Of a DNA stretch of 35,608 nucleotides, positions 18,963 through 28,800 are shown piece after piece (within the stretch, counting starts at the first letter, position 1; every line of letters begins with the position of its first letter). Location of the stretch: contig DAOWGI010000080.1 of NCBI GenBank assembly GCA_030637655.1, forward strand, positions 1 through 35,608. Direction: 5' to 3'. Both the position numbers and the translations under genes were made by a program. This stretch comes from a candidate division FCPU426 bacterium. Its GTDB lineage: Bacteria > Oederibacteriota > JAAXVQ01 > JAUVAV01. The notes beneath the pieces are model-generated. The model saw nothing but the letters and a program-made list of their open reading frames with translations, had not been told where the DNA came from and did not search any database.

Positions 18963-20261
18963 ATGTCAAGACCCATGACCATTGGTGAAAAAATACTGGC
19001 CCGTGCGGCCGGACTTAAAGAAGTAAGTCCGGGTGACATCGTAATGGCCAAAATCGATCTTTGTATGGGAAACGATATTACCGCTCCCTTGGCCATACAG
19101 GCCTTTTATGCCAATGGCGGGAAAACCGTTTTTGATCGCAAACGAGTCGTGTTGGTTCCGGATCATTTTACACCCAACAAAGATATAAAGTCCGCGGAGC
19201 AGGCGAAAATGCTGCGTGATTTTGCCAGAGAGCAAAAGCTGCTGTATTATTGGGATCAGGGAGAAGTTGGAGTGGAGCACGCACTCTTGCCGGAACAAGG
19301 CGTAGTGGTTCCCGGTGATTTGATGATTGGAGCGGATTCGCATACCTGCACCTACGGTGCTCTGGGTGCGTTGTCCACGGGTGTGGGATCCACTGATTTA
19401 GCGGCCGGCATGTTGAGCGGTAAAGCCTGGTTCAAAGTGCCTTTGACCATCAAATTGGTATTCAATGGCAAATTGCCTAAAGACGTGACTGCCAAAGATA
19501 TGATTCTGCTTGCCATAGCCAGACTGGGTGTGGATGGCGCGAATTACCGTATTCTGGAAATCACCGGCGAGACCATTGATTCCTTGTCCATGGAAGGCCG
19601 TTTGACCATGAGCAACATGGCCATTGAAGCGGGCGCTGTGACCGGGATTATTCCTCCGGACGCGATAACCAAAGCGTATGTGAAAAATCGCGCGCAGCGC
19701 AAACCTCGGTATTACACTTCGGATTCCCAAGCGGAGTACGAAAGGGTGGAAGTCTTTGAGGTATCCAAATTGGAACCTGTGGTGGCCAAACCGCATTTGC
19801 CATCCAACGTAGTGCCGGTTAAAAAAGCGCGGAATGTTGTGCTGGACCAGGCTGTTATTGGTTCCTGCACCAATGGCCGTATTGAAGATTTGCGTGAAGC
19901 AGCCAAATTACTCAAAGGAAAAAAAGTAAGTCCGCGGGTTCGCACCTTGATTATTCCCGCGACTCCGGCCATCTGGAAGCAGGCCATGAAAGAGGGCTTG
20001 TTTGATATTTTCATGTCTGCCGGATGTGTGATTTCGCCGCCAACCTGTGGTCCCTGCTTGGGTGGGCATATGGGCATTTTGGCCAAAGGAGAAAGGGCGG
20101 TTGCCACCACAAACCGCAATTTTGTGGGACGCATGGGACATCCGGAGAGCGAAGTCTATCTCACTTCAGCCGGTGTGGCCGCAGCATCCGCGATCAAGGG
20201 TAGGCTGGCCGTGCCGCAGGAAGTGCGTGGCAAAGATTGGAAAAAAGGCGTAAAGAAATAA
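18963..20261 (+). CDS. leuC: 3-isopropylmalate dehydratase large subunit
   Basis: GADSHTCTYGA, IGSCTNGR, CGPCLGGH, TTNRNFVGRMG. Confidence 0.97.
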   Translation: MSRPMTIGEKILARAAGLKEVSPGDIVMAKIDLCMGNDITAPLAIQAFYANGGKTVFDRKRVVLVPDHFTPNKDIKSAEQAKMLRDFAREQKLLYYWDQGEVGVEHALLPEQGVVVPGDLMIGADSHTCTYGALGALSTGVGSTDLAAGMLSGKAWFKVPLTIKLVFNGKLPKDVTAKDMILLAIARLGVDGANYRILEITGETIDSLSMEGRLTMSNMAIEAGAVTGIIPPDAITKAYVKNRAQRKPRYYTSDSQAEYERVEVFEVSKLEPVVAKPHLPSNVVPVKKARNVVLDQAVIGSCTNGRIEDLREAAKLLKGKKVSPRVRTLIIPATPAIWKQAMKEGLFDIFMSAGCVISPPTCGPCLGGHMGILAKGERAVATTNRNFVGRMGHPESEVYLTSAGVAAASAIKGRLAVPQEVRGKDWKKGVKK

Positions 20262-20263
20262 AT

Positions 20264-20325
20264 GTAGGGGCGAATCCATGTATTCGCCCTGTTCAATAAA
20301 CCGTAGGGGCGGGGTTTCCCCGCCC
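20264..20325 (+). repeat. Two tandem GTAG REPs
   Basis: GTAGGGGCGAATCCATGTATTCGCCC (20264) and GTAGGGGCGGGGTTTCCCCGCCC (20303). Confidence 0.85.
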
Positions 20326-20355
20326 GCCCAATGAAACATGAATGAAGGTGAGATT

Positions 20356-20856
20356 ATGAAATTTCAAGGCAAAACCTACAAATTCGGTGATGATATCAAT
20401 ACCGATGAGATCATTCCGGCTCGTTACTTAAATACCAGTGATGCCGAGGAATTGGCTGCTCATGTCATGGAAGACGCGGACAGCAATTTTCCGGTCACGG
20501 TGCAACCCGGTGACATCATCATTGCCGGTAAAAATTTCGGTTGCGGATCATCGCGTGAGCACGCGCCTTTAGCCATTAAAACAGTTGGCGTGTCCTGTGT
20601 AATCGCGGAAAGCTTTGCGCGGATATTTTATCGCAATGCCTTTAACATCGGATTGCCGATATTGGAGAGCCCGGAAGCCGTGGCAGACGTTAAAGCCGGT
20701 CAGGTATTGGATATTGATGCCGGCACTGGAACCATTACCAATACGACAACCAATAAAGTATACCAAGCCAAACCCATTCCAGCTTTTATGCAGGAGTTGG
20801 TCGCTGCCGGTGGTTTGATGCTCTACCTGCGGCAGGAGATGGAAAAGAAAAATTAA
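20356..20856 (+). CDS. leuD: 3-isopropylmalate dehydratase small subunit
   Basis: [30 protein letters not shown]. Confidence 0.97.
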   Translation: MKFQGKTYKFGDDINTDEIIPARYLNTSDAEELAAHVMEDADSNFPVTVQPGDIIIAGKNFGCGSSREHAPLAIKTVGVSCVIAESFARIFYRNAFNIGLPILESPEAVADVKAGQVLDIDAGTGTITNTTTNKVYQAKPIPAFMQELVAAGGLMLYLRQEMEKKN

Positions 20857-20899
20857 TTCTGTTGTAGGGAACGGTCGCGACCGTTCCCTACAACAGAAT
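20856..20899. repeat. 44-bp perfect palindrome built on a GTAG REP
   Basis: ATTCTGTT-GTAGGGAACGGTCGCGACCGTTCCCTAC-AACAGAAT. Confidence 0.9.
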
Positions 20900-20919
20900 C
20901 GAATATCAGGAGGAGTATT

Positions 20920-21981
20920 ATGTCAAAGAGCTATAAAATCGCATTGTTACCGGGTGATGGAACCGGCCCGGAAGTTCTGGCTGAAGGCCGGAAGGTCCTG
21001 GAGGCAGTAGCCAAAAAATTTAATTTTTCAATTGATTATACAGAATACGATTTAGGCGGAAACCGCTACTTGAAAACCGGCGAATTGGTTCCGGATTCTG
21101 TGCTGGAAGAACTGGGAAAAGTGGACAGTATTTATCTGGGAGCCATCGGTCATCCGGATGTGAAACCCGGACCATTGGAAGTCGGTATTCTGCTGCGTCT
21201 TCGTTTTCACTTTGAGCAGTACATTAATCTGCGTCCGGTCAAGCTCTATCCGGCGGTGGAAACACCCTTGAAGGACAAAGGCCCGGACCAGATCAACTTT
21301 GAAATTATTCGTGAAAACTGCGGCGGCATTTACACTGGCACAGGTGGCAATGCGCACAAAGGGACTCCTTTGGAATACGCCACCCAGGTCATGACCTATT
21401 CCCGGGGCGAAGTGGATCGCTGCTTACGTTTTGCTTTTAAACGCGCCCTGAAGCGTGAGAAAAAAGAATTGACCCTGGTACACAAAATGAACGTGCTGAC
21501 CGAAGTTGGTGATCTCTGGTTCCGCGCTTTCCATGAGATGGGTGAAAAAGAATTTCCAGAAGTCAAACGCGATTACAATCACGTGGATGCCTGCACCATG
21601 TGGATGATAAAGAATCCGGAGTGGTATCAGACCATTGTGACTGCCAATCTGTTTGGTGATATCATCACAGACTTGGGCGCTATGATCCAGGGTGGTATGG
21701 GTATAGCCGCCGGCGGCAACATTAATCCGGAAGGGATCTCTATGTTTGAACCGATCGGTGGTTCTGCGCCCAAATACACCGGGCAGAAGAAAATCAATCC
21801 CATGGCAGCCATTTGTTCGGGTGGTATGATGTTGGAGCATTTGGGCGAAGAAGCAGCCGGTCAGGCTGTGGAAGCGGCAGTGATCAAGGCCTTGGAATCC
21901 GGCAAAATCAAGTCCTTAGCTGCCGGTCGTATGGGCATGAACACCGAAGAAGTCGGTGATTACATCGCCGGGTTGGTATAA
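20920..21981 (+). CDS. leuB: 3-isopropylmalate dehydrogenase
   Basis: PGDGTGPEV, NLRPVK, NLFGDIITDL, FEPIGGSAP; operon context. Confidence 0.96.
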   Translation: MSKSYKIALLPGDGTGPEVLAEGRKVLEAVAKKFNFSIDYTEYDLGGNRYLKTGELVPDSVLEELGKVDSIYLGAIGHPDVKPGPLEVGILLRLRFHFEQYINLRPVKLYPAVETPLKDKGPDQINFEIIRENCGGIYTGTGGNAHKGTPLEYATQVMTYSRGEVDRCLRFAFKRALKREKKELTLVHKMNVLTEVGDLWFRAFHEMGEKEFPEVKRDYNHVDACTMWMIKNPEWYQTIVTANLFGDIITDLGAMIQGGMGIAAGGNINPEGISMFEPIGGSAPKYTGQKKINPMAAICSGGMMLEHLGEEAAGQAVEAAVIKALESGKIKSLAAGRMGMNTEEVGDYIAGLV

Positions 21982-21988
21982 TATCAAT

Positions 21989-22048
21989 GTAGGGGCGAAC
22001 CTTGTGTTCGCCCGTGGAAATATGTGTAGGGGTGAGGTGCCCTCGCCC
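21989..22048 (+). repeat. Two tandem GTAG REPs
   Basis: GTAGGGGCGAACCTTGTGTTCGCCC (21989) and GTAGGGGTGAGGTGCCCTCGCCC (22026). Confidence 0.85.
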
Positions 22049-22070
22049 TTTTAATAGTGAGGTGATTGTG

Positions 22071-23072
22071 ATGAGTAAAGAGTATAAAGTTGGTGTCATG
22101 GGCGCGACCGGGGCAGTAGGCACGGTCATGCTGAAAATACTGGAAGAGCGGAATTTTCCTATTGCCGAATTACGTCCGCTGGCGTCTTCGCGTTCTGCCG
22201 GCAAAAAATTGAAATTCAAAGGCCAGGACGTGGTAGTGCAAGAAATGAAGGAAGATTCATTCCAAGGGTTGGACATTGTGCTGGCCTCAGCCGGCGGTTC
22301 TGTTTCCAAACAATTTGTTGAGCACGTCAAAGCTGCCGGGGCTGTTATGATTGACAATACCAGTGCTTTTCGTATGGACCCGGAAGTGCCTTTGGTAGTA
22401 CCGGAGGTCAATCCGGAAGATGCTTTTAGGCACAAAGGTCTGATTGCCAATCCCAATTGCACGACCATTATCATGCTGGTGGCGCTCAAGCCTTTGCATG
22501 CTGCTGCTAAAATCAAACGTATTGTGGTCAGCACCTACCAGGCTGTTTCCGGCAGCGGCGTGGCTGCCATGAAAGAGTTAGAGCAGCAAGCCAAACAGTA
22601 CGCAGCCGGTGAGGCGATTACTGTGGAAGCCTATCCCCATCAGATAGCTTTTAATGTGCTGCCGCATGTGGATGTGTTTCAGGACAATGGCTATACCCGG
22701 GAAGAAATGAAAATGGTTAATGAGACCCGGAAGATGCTGCATGATGACTCTATCATGGTTTCAGCCACGTGTGTGCGGGTTCCGGTGTTCACTTCGCACG
22801 CGGAAAGCATTCAGATCGAGACTGAGCGTAAAATATCTGCTGATCTCGCACGTGAGATACTGGCCAAAGCGCCGGGTGTTTTACTCGTAGATGATCCTGC
22901 TAATTTGAAATACCCCATGCCTTTGGGTACCTCAAACCAGGATGATGTCTGGGTTGGACGCATTCGTGAAGATATTTCCCATCCGAACGGATTAGCGCTC
23001 TGGGTATCCGGTGATCAGTTGCGCAAGGGTGCTGCCACCAACGCGGTCCAGATTGCGGAGTTGTTATTGTAG
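22071..23072 (+). CDS. asd: Aspartate-semialdehyde dehydrogenase
   Basis: GATGAVG, IANPNCTT, STYQAVSGSG, CVRVPVFTSHAES, RKGAATNAVQIAE. Confidence 0.98.
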   Translation: MSKEYKVGVMGATGAVGTVMLKILEERNFPIAELRPLASSRSAGKKLKFKGQDVVVQEMKEDSFQGLDIVLASAGGSVSKQFVEHVKAAGAVMIDNTSAFRMDPEVPLVVPEVNPEDAFRHKGLIANPNCTTIIMLVALKPLHAAAKIKRIVVSTYQAVSGSGVAAMKELEQQAKQYAAGEAITVEAYPHQIAFNVLPHVDVFQDNGYTREEMKMVNETRKMLHDDSIMVSATCVRVPVFTSHAESIQIETERKISADLAREILAKAPGVLLVDDPANLKYPMPLGTSNQDDVWVGRIREDISHPNGLALWVSGDQLRKGAATNAVQIAELLL

Positions 23073-23096
23073 AGACGCGATTAATCGCGTCTCTAC
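23069..23096. repeat. Perfect 28-bp GTAG REP overlapping the asd stop codon
   Basis: GTAGAGACGCGATTAATCGCGTCTCTAC. Confidence 0.9.
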
Positions 23097-23125
23097 CTGA
23101 TGAATCATTTTACCCCGGGGAGTTT

Positions 23126-23887
23126 ATGAAACAAAAATCTTCCTCTTTAACCCGCTATGCCATTACCCTTGAGTACGACGGTTCGGCGTTTGCGGGATTT
23201 CAATTACAAAAGAAAGACTTCACCGTACAAGCAGCGCTGGAAAAAGCGATTTATACCCGTTTCAAGGAACGACAACGGGTGGTTGCTGTCAGCCGGACTG
23301 ATGCCGGAGTGCATGCCAAGGGCCAGGTCGCGGTCTTTAAGCTGGCGTATCCCTTACCTTTGCGGAAAATGGCAGCTGCACTTAACAGTGCCTTGCCACA
23401 TCCGGTGCGTGTTCTGGCAGCCAAAAAAGTAGCCCCGGATTGGGAGCCGCACCGCGCGACCAGAAACAAGACTTATACCTATTTGGTGTATGACCGGGAG
23501 ATCTATTCACCCTTGTGGAAGGGTAGAGCCTGGCAGGTCATGCAGAAATTGGACTTTACTGCCATGCGTCAGGCTGCTAAACATCTGCTTGGCACGCACG
23601 ATTTCACCTCGTTTCGTGCTGCCGGCTGTGTGGCCAATCATCCTGTTCGGGAGATGCTGGATATTTCGATTTCCAGGCAAGGACATCTTCTTAAGCTCTG
23701 TTTTACTGCCAAGGCCTTTTTGTATCATATGGTACGCAATTTAGCTGGGACCTTAGTGGAGGTAGGTAAAGGGAAACTCACTCCTGTTCAAGTGAAAGCG
23801 ATTCTGACCGCTAAAAACCGAAAATTGGCAGGCCGGACCGCTCCTGCCTGCGGTCTCTATCTGGATAAAATCCGGTTTAAAGGCTAA
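23126..23887 (+). CDS. truA: tRNA pseudouridine(38-40) synthase
   Basis: EYDGSAFAGFQ, RTDAGVHAKGQ, GTHDFTSF, FLYHMVR, APACGLYL; asd-truA order. Confidence 0.97.
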   Translation: MKQKSSSLTRYAITLEYDGSAFAGFQLQKKDFTVQAALEKAIYTRFKERQRVVAVSRTDAGVHAKGQVAVFKLAYPLPLRKMAAALNSALPHPVRVLAAKKVAPDWEPHRATRNKTYTYLVYDREIYSPLWKGRAWQVMQKLDFTAMRQAAKHLLGTHDFTSFRAAGCVANHPVREMLDISISRQGHLLKLCFTAKAFLYHMVRNLAGTLVEVGKGKLTPVQVKAILTAKNRKLAGRTAPACGLYLDKIRFKG

Positions 23888-24398
23888 CTCACCGCATACC
23901 CAAAAGACGGGCACAAGGAGCCGCAGAGAACGCAGAGTAAAAACATAATAAAATTAGGGTAAAAAGTGTAAAATCAAAAGTCATAAAAACATTTATAATA
24001 TATTATTTGATATGTTTTGACTTTGATTTTGTCTTTGGCAGATTGTAACTCATATTGCAACATTACCTGATTGCTACACAAACAGGCAAATAGTTACTTT
24101 ATCCTTAAAAAACTCACCACAAAGGCACAAAGGCACAAAGGACACAAAGGTTCACTAAGCAGCATAATGATTAATAATTAAGGTCTATCTTAGGCTTTCC
24201 TTTGTGTATCTTAGTGTCCTTTGTGCCTCTCGTGCCCGTAGTTTGGGTATTGTGGTGGATCTTTTTCTTTAAGTCTTTATAGTTCAATAATAAATGATAA
24301 AATGTTGCACTTGTGATTACAATTCACCTTTGATTTTGTCTTTTTATTCATAATCCTAATTTGTGCTTTTCTCTGCGTTCTCTGCGTCTCCGCGGTGA
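23888..24398. repeat. Nested inverted-repeat (MITE-like) elements with short-period arms
   Basis: Outer arms CACCGC..GCAGAGAACGCAGAG / CTCTGCGTTCTCTGCGTCTCCGCGGTGA; inner arms CACCACAAAGGCACAAAGG / CCTTTGTGCC..TGTGGTG. Confidence 0.8.
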
Positions 24399-24452
24399 AA
24401 TGGTCTTGCGGTTTTCCTTATAAAACGAGCCTTTTGTGACGATGATCTTCTT

Positions 24453-25583
24453 ATGATTATCCAGACAATGTCCGAATATGCGCCGGAGTATAAGCCCTAT
24501 CAAAAGAAAAAAGGACCGGAATGGCAGATTGCGTTGGATCTGATCAAAGAGCATCGCGCCTTGAATCTTAAGAATCAGACCATACATAAAGTGCAGCTCT
24601 CTCTGGAAGTTTTAATCCGCACGCTGCTCACATTTTCGCAGCAGAATGGTTTTGTCAAGTATAATCCCCGGGACAAGACCATCCAGGTCAGGCATTTCAA
24701 GCAGCACTCAATCGTGTATCAATATAATCCGTTTCGTGATCCGGCCAACCGGCATGCGGATGGCCAGAAGGTAGTTTCTAAAACCGGCAAGAAGACTGAT
24801 TTTTTAGATTGGGAGACATTCCCGAAAAATGAGCATTATTTGATTTGGACAGCTAACTCAGGGCGAAGATATGGAATATTGGTCCAACCTGCGCCTATTG
24901 TACCAGGTCATCTTATTGTTGCTTCTTTGGATCTGAATCCCAAAACCAAGCGCCATTACGAACAAGTGATCCGGTATTTTCATGTCACAGATATGCATGA
25001 ATTACAGGCTGAAATGTTTGTGCTGGGCTATGCTATGGGATACAACGACCGGGGAGCCGGAGCATCGGTAGATCATTTTCATACCCAATTAGTGCCCGGT
25101 ACATTTATGCCGATTGTGCGTGCGTGCCATAAAGGGCGTTTGGAGATTGAGAGCACGTATAGTGATCATTGCGGTGTGGATTTGAAGATCATTGGTACCC
25201 GTTCTTTGGACCGTCCTTTATCCACGGCATATCCAATGCCGGCTTTTCTTTTGGAAGCCGACCGCTTGCCGGCCATGCTTACGAAAAAAAGAGCTGTGGT
25301 GAAGCAGTTGCAAGCCGGCAGGATCATTTTCAATAGTCTGGCCTGGCAACAACCTAATGGCAGGTATACTGAGGCATTTTTTCCACGCAGTCAGGAGAGT
25401 CTGATGAACAATGCTTTTAAAGCCGGCTATGTAGAAATGAGCGGCATGCTGGTTATGCCGAACAAAGCTCTATATGCGAGTATGAAACGTCCGAGTCAGG
25501 GGGCGTTGGCTTTAGAAGCTGTTGGTCTCTCGGCGGTTGATTTTCATAATTTTCTTAAGAACATTTATCACTATTTTGATTGA
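24453..25583 (+). CDS. HIT-superfamily (HxHxQ) phosphorylase, DUF4922 / GDP-hexose phosphorylase / Ap4A phosphorylase-like
   Basis: YQYNPFR, ILVQPAPIVPGHLIV, HYEQ, GYNDRGAGASVDHFHTQ, terminal GYVEMSGMLV. Confidence 0.75.
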   Translation: MIIQTMSEYAPEYKPYQKKKGPEWQIALDLIKEHRALNLKNQTIHKVQLSLEVLIRTLLTFSQQNGFVKYNPRDKTIQVRHFKQHSIVYQYNPFRDPANRHADGQKVVSKTGKKTDFLDWETFPKNEHYLIWTANSGRRYGILVQPAPIVPGHLIVASLDLNPKTKRHYEQVIRYFHVTDMHELQAEMFVLGYAMGYNDRGAGASVDHFHTQLVPGTFMPIVRACHKGRLEIESTYSDHCGVDLKIIGTRSLDRPLSTAYPMPAFLLEADRLPAMLTKKRAVVKQLQAGRIIFNSLAWQQPNGRYTEAFFPRSQESLMNNAFKAGYVEMSGMLVMPNKALYASMKRPSQGALALEAVGLSAVDFHNFLKNIYHYFD

Positions 25584-25895
25584 CGGTGATTTTTTTCCTA
25601 GACCTGTAAAAAAATATGATTTTTTAGATTTTTAACTGGAAAAACCGGGTAATAAGCAAGTGAGTAATGTAAGTTTTTTAGAACTCTATTTCAACCCTAT
25701 TTTTAAAGTGAAAAATAAGTATTATGTCATGTTTTTGATGATATAGTATGTTTTAAAATAGTACTTAGTCGGTTTTGAGATTATTATATATATGTGAATA
25801 TTAAGCGACAGATTGGAAAAAGGAAATTGTATGTGCTATATTATACAAAAGTCATCCACTAAATATATTTATAGTAAATGATGCCGGGTTAATTG

Positions 25896-28800
25896 ATGCA
25901 GCACCTTAAAACTCAGAAATCCTCGCAAAAATTGCTTCTCTATAGTCTGTGGCAGCAGCCCGGAGCCAGACTCTGCATTCGCATTGTATCGCTCTTGATT
26001 ACACTTACCTTTGTTTTCCCGTATCTCACCTGGGCGTTTGATAAACAGACCTTCCTGACCGGTCTTTCCGGCATTTTATTCAATCAACAAGCTGTGGATA
26101 TTCCTAAAAAACTTGGAACCATTACCCAATCGTTTCAAGGTAAAGAGAAAATGGTGATGCATATCCAGGATTTGCACTGCAATCATGAGGTGCAGATGAA
26201 TATTGCCCGTATGATTGATCATTTTTCCCGGTGCTTTGAGTTGAATCTGGTAGCTGTGGAAGGTGCCGACAGTCGCGTGAATGTGAGTAAACTGTCCAGC
26301 TTCCCGGTAAAAAGTGTGAAAGAGGAAGTGGGCAATTATTTTGTGAAGCAGGGGAAAGTTACTGGTGCGGAGTACATCACTGCACTCTCTCAACGTCCTT
26401 TGCAATTAGTGGGTATTGAAAATCCGGAATACTACACAGCCAGCCGGGAACATGTTCGCCGGTTTTTAAATGATGAGAGCCAAGGATATGTGTTTGATTT
26501 ACGGGATGCTTTGCAAGGGATCAAACCTGTGATCTACAGCCAAACATTAAGTAAGCATGATCAGCATCGCACGGAATTTTTAGAGGGTCGCAAGTCGCTC
26601 TTGACCTATGCCGTCTTTTTATACAAAACCGGTCTTAAAAGTGGTTTGGACATGCAGACCTTTCCGCAACTGCGCAGGTATGTTTCCAAGCGTATGAATC
26701 TTTTTTCTCTGGAAGTGGACAGTGATCAGCTCTATGTGGAAATGGAGCGTTTGGAAAATACGTTGCGTGAAGCACTTTATGGCAATGATACTGAGCAGGA
26801 GTTGGACGCCCTGCTGCACCGTTTGGAGGTAATTGAAAAACTCATCAGCATTTCCGCCACTCCGGAAGAATTGGATGAGTACCGCAAATACAAAACCTTA
26901 TTCCGCGTGGATCATTTTGTGGAATTCATCACCCGGCATGATCAGATGGGTGAGTATAAGACTGACGTGGAAGTCTATCGCTTGGACAGCTACTTGCGTG
27001 AAGTGGGTGCGTTCTACCGGATTGCGGATGCGCGCTCCCTGGCTTTTGTGGAAAATACAGTGCAGTGTATGCAGAAAAATAAAGTCTCCTTAATTGTACT
27101 GGTCACCGGAGGTTTCCACAGTTCTGTGGTGCTGGAGGAATTGCAAAAACAAAATATTTCCTACGTAAGCATTAAACCGCGTTTAACCCGCCTGGATACG
27201 GTTAATCCATACTTTGCCTTGTTGCGCAACCGGACCACGGCTTTGGAAAAACTTTTGGCGCAAAATCAGGATATTTTAGCCTTGCCCACCAATTTTTCCA
27301 TGCGTACTTTCCTGAATTTGTTGGATGTCACCTTAAAGCAAGGTCTGATTTCCAATCTGCTGCAAAAAGGAATTCATGAGTTAGACGAGGTCCAAACAGA
27401 GTTTGTCAAAATGCTGTCCAAATATTTGGACAATAATACGAAGATTGCGTTGGATTGGGAAAATGCCGTGGCCAGCCGGAGCAGGCAGACGTATTCCCTG
27501 CCCATGCGAAACATGGGTTTCACGATTGTGATCCGCCGGCAGGGCAGAAAAATTCCCGGTCATACTGTGGCAACCTGGCAATTGAATGATCAGTTTGAAG
27601 TGGCTATATTTGATGATCTGACTGCCCGGGAAATGCAGACAGCCGTACTGACTGAAGGAACCGACTTGCTGCGCGGTGAGACCGTGAGTCTGGCACTGCT
27701 CAACAGTCCATTAGCAGCTCTGATTGCCGGGAGCAGTGCGGCAGTGCTCTTAGGAAGCAAAGAAGTGGCCACCACTGTGCAGAACAATCTGGGCGCATTA
27801 TCTCCAGTACAAGCCTTGCTCACACGTTTGGCAAATCTAAGCAATACACTTCAAGTGTTGTCCCGCGCTTTTATTAGAGAACTTTCGATTGCTGTCTTGT
27901 CGGCAGGCGCCTTGTTGGGCAAAACCGGTGAAGCGACTTTGGATCGCATGCTCAATACAGCAGCCGCAGCACTGGGCATAGTATTGAATCCCGGGCAAGC
28001 AGTGCGTCAACTCGCGCAAACTTCACCCCGCATGATGCGCGTGGTTTTACAGAATCTATTCAGACAGCAACTTGTGCGTTCCCATACTTTGGATACCAGT
28101 GATCCGACTCGCGGGCCCCCGATCCGCAAACAACTCGCTGCTTATCTTGTCAAAGCACAACAGCAAGCAGAATTCTCGCTTGGTTTCCTGCCGAGTATTA
28201 ATTCCCGGGAGCTTCCCATTGAAATCCTAAAACGCGAACAAATCCCAACTGATGTTCAGCTTGATGTTGATATTGAGAACCTAGGTGTTTTTCACTATCA
28301 AGGTAAAGTCTATCTTACTGAAAAAGCTTTGCGTAATCTGAACAACAAAGAAGCGGCAGCGGTTATCCTGCATGAGGCTCTGGAAAACGCTGGTTTTACG
28401 CATGACCAAGCACTGAGGATTACCCGCCAAGCTACCGGATTCAACAACAACCAGCTAGTGGCCCGGGCTGGTTTGAAAACAGAATTACAACTGACCGGTG
28501 GGCATGGTTGGATTCAGCGTGCCGCGCAGGCAGCAGACACACAACCATTACCTGCTGCTGCCAAGACAGCCAATGAGATCAGCTTTAATATGATTATTGG
28601 TGAAGTGCTGGCTCATGCCTTGGATTTTCTGGCCATGCCGGTGGCTTTGGTCAGGCAGTCTAAAGCAGGCATAATGTTGATTAATTTACTTTTTTTTATC
28701 GTTGTACTGGCAGTCGTTGCCGCCTACTTTGCTGTTTTAAACGTTCCCATAGAGTTGGCAGCTGCGGCGTTTATCATGTTGTTTGTCTTTTTGAATGTTT

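Noticed and set aside
11490-23744. Many 60-200 aa antisense and alternate-frame ORFs
   Set aside because: Shadows of well-conserved genes with no recognisable motifs
25584-25892. ncRNA or riboswitch upstream of the giant gene
   Set aside because: Very AT-rich with no convincing stems; several weak promoter-like hexamers, none assignable
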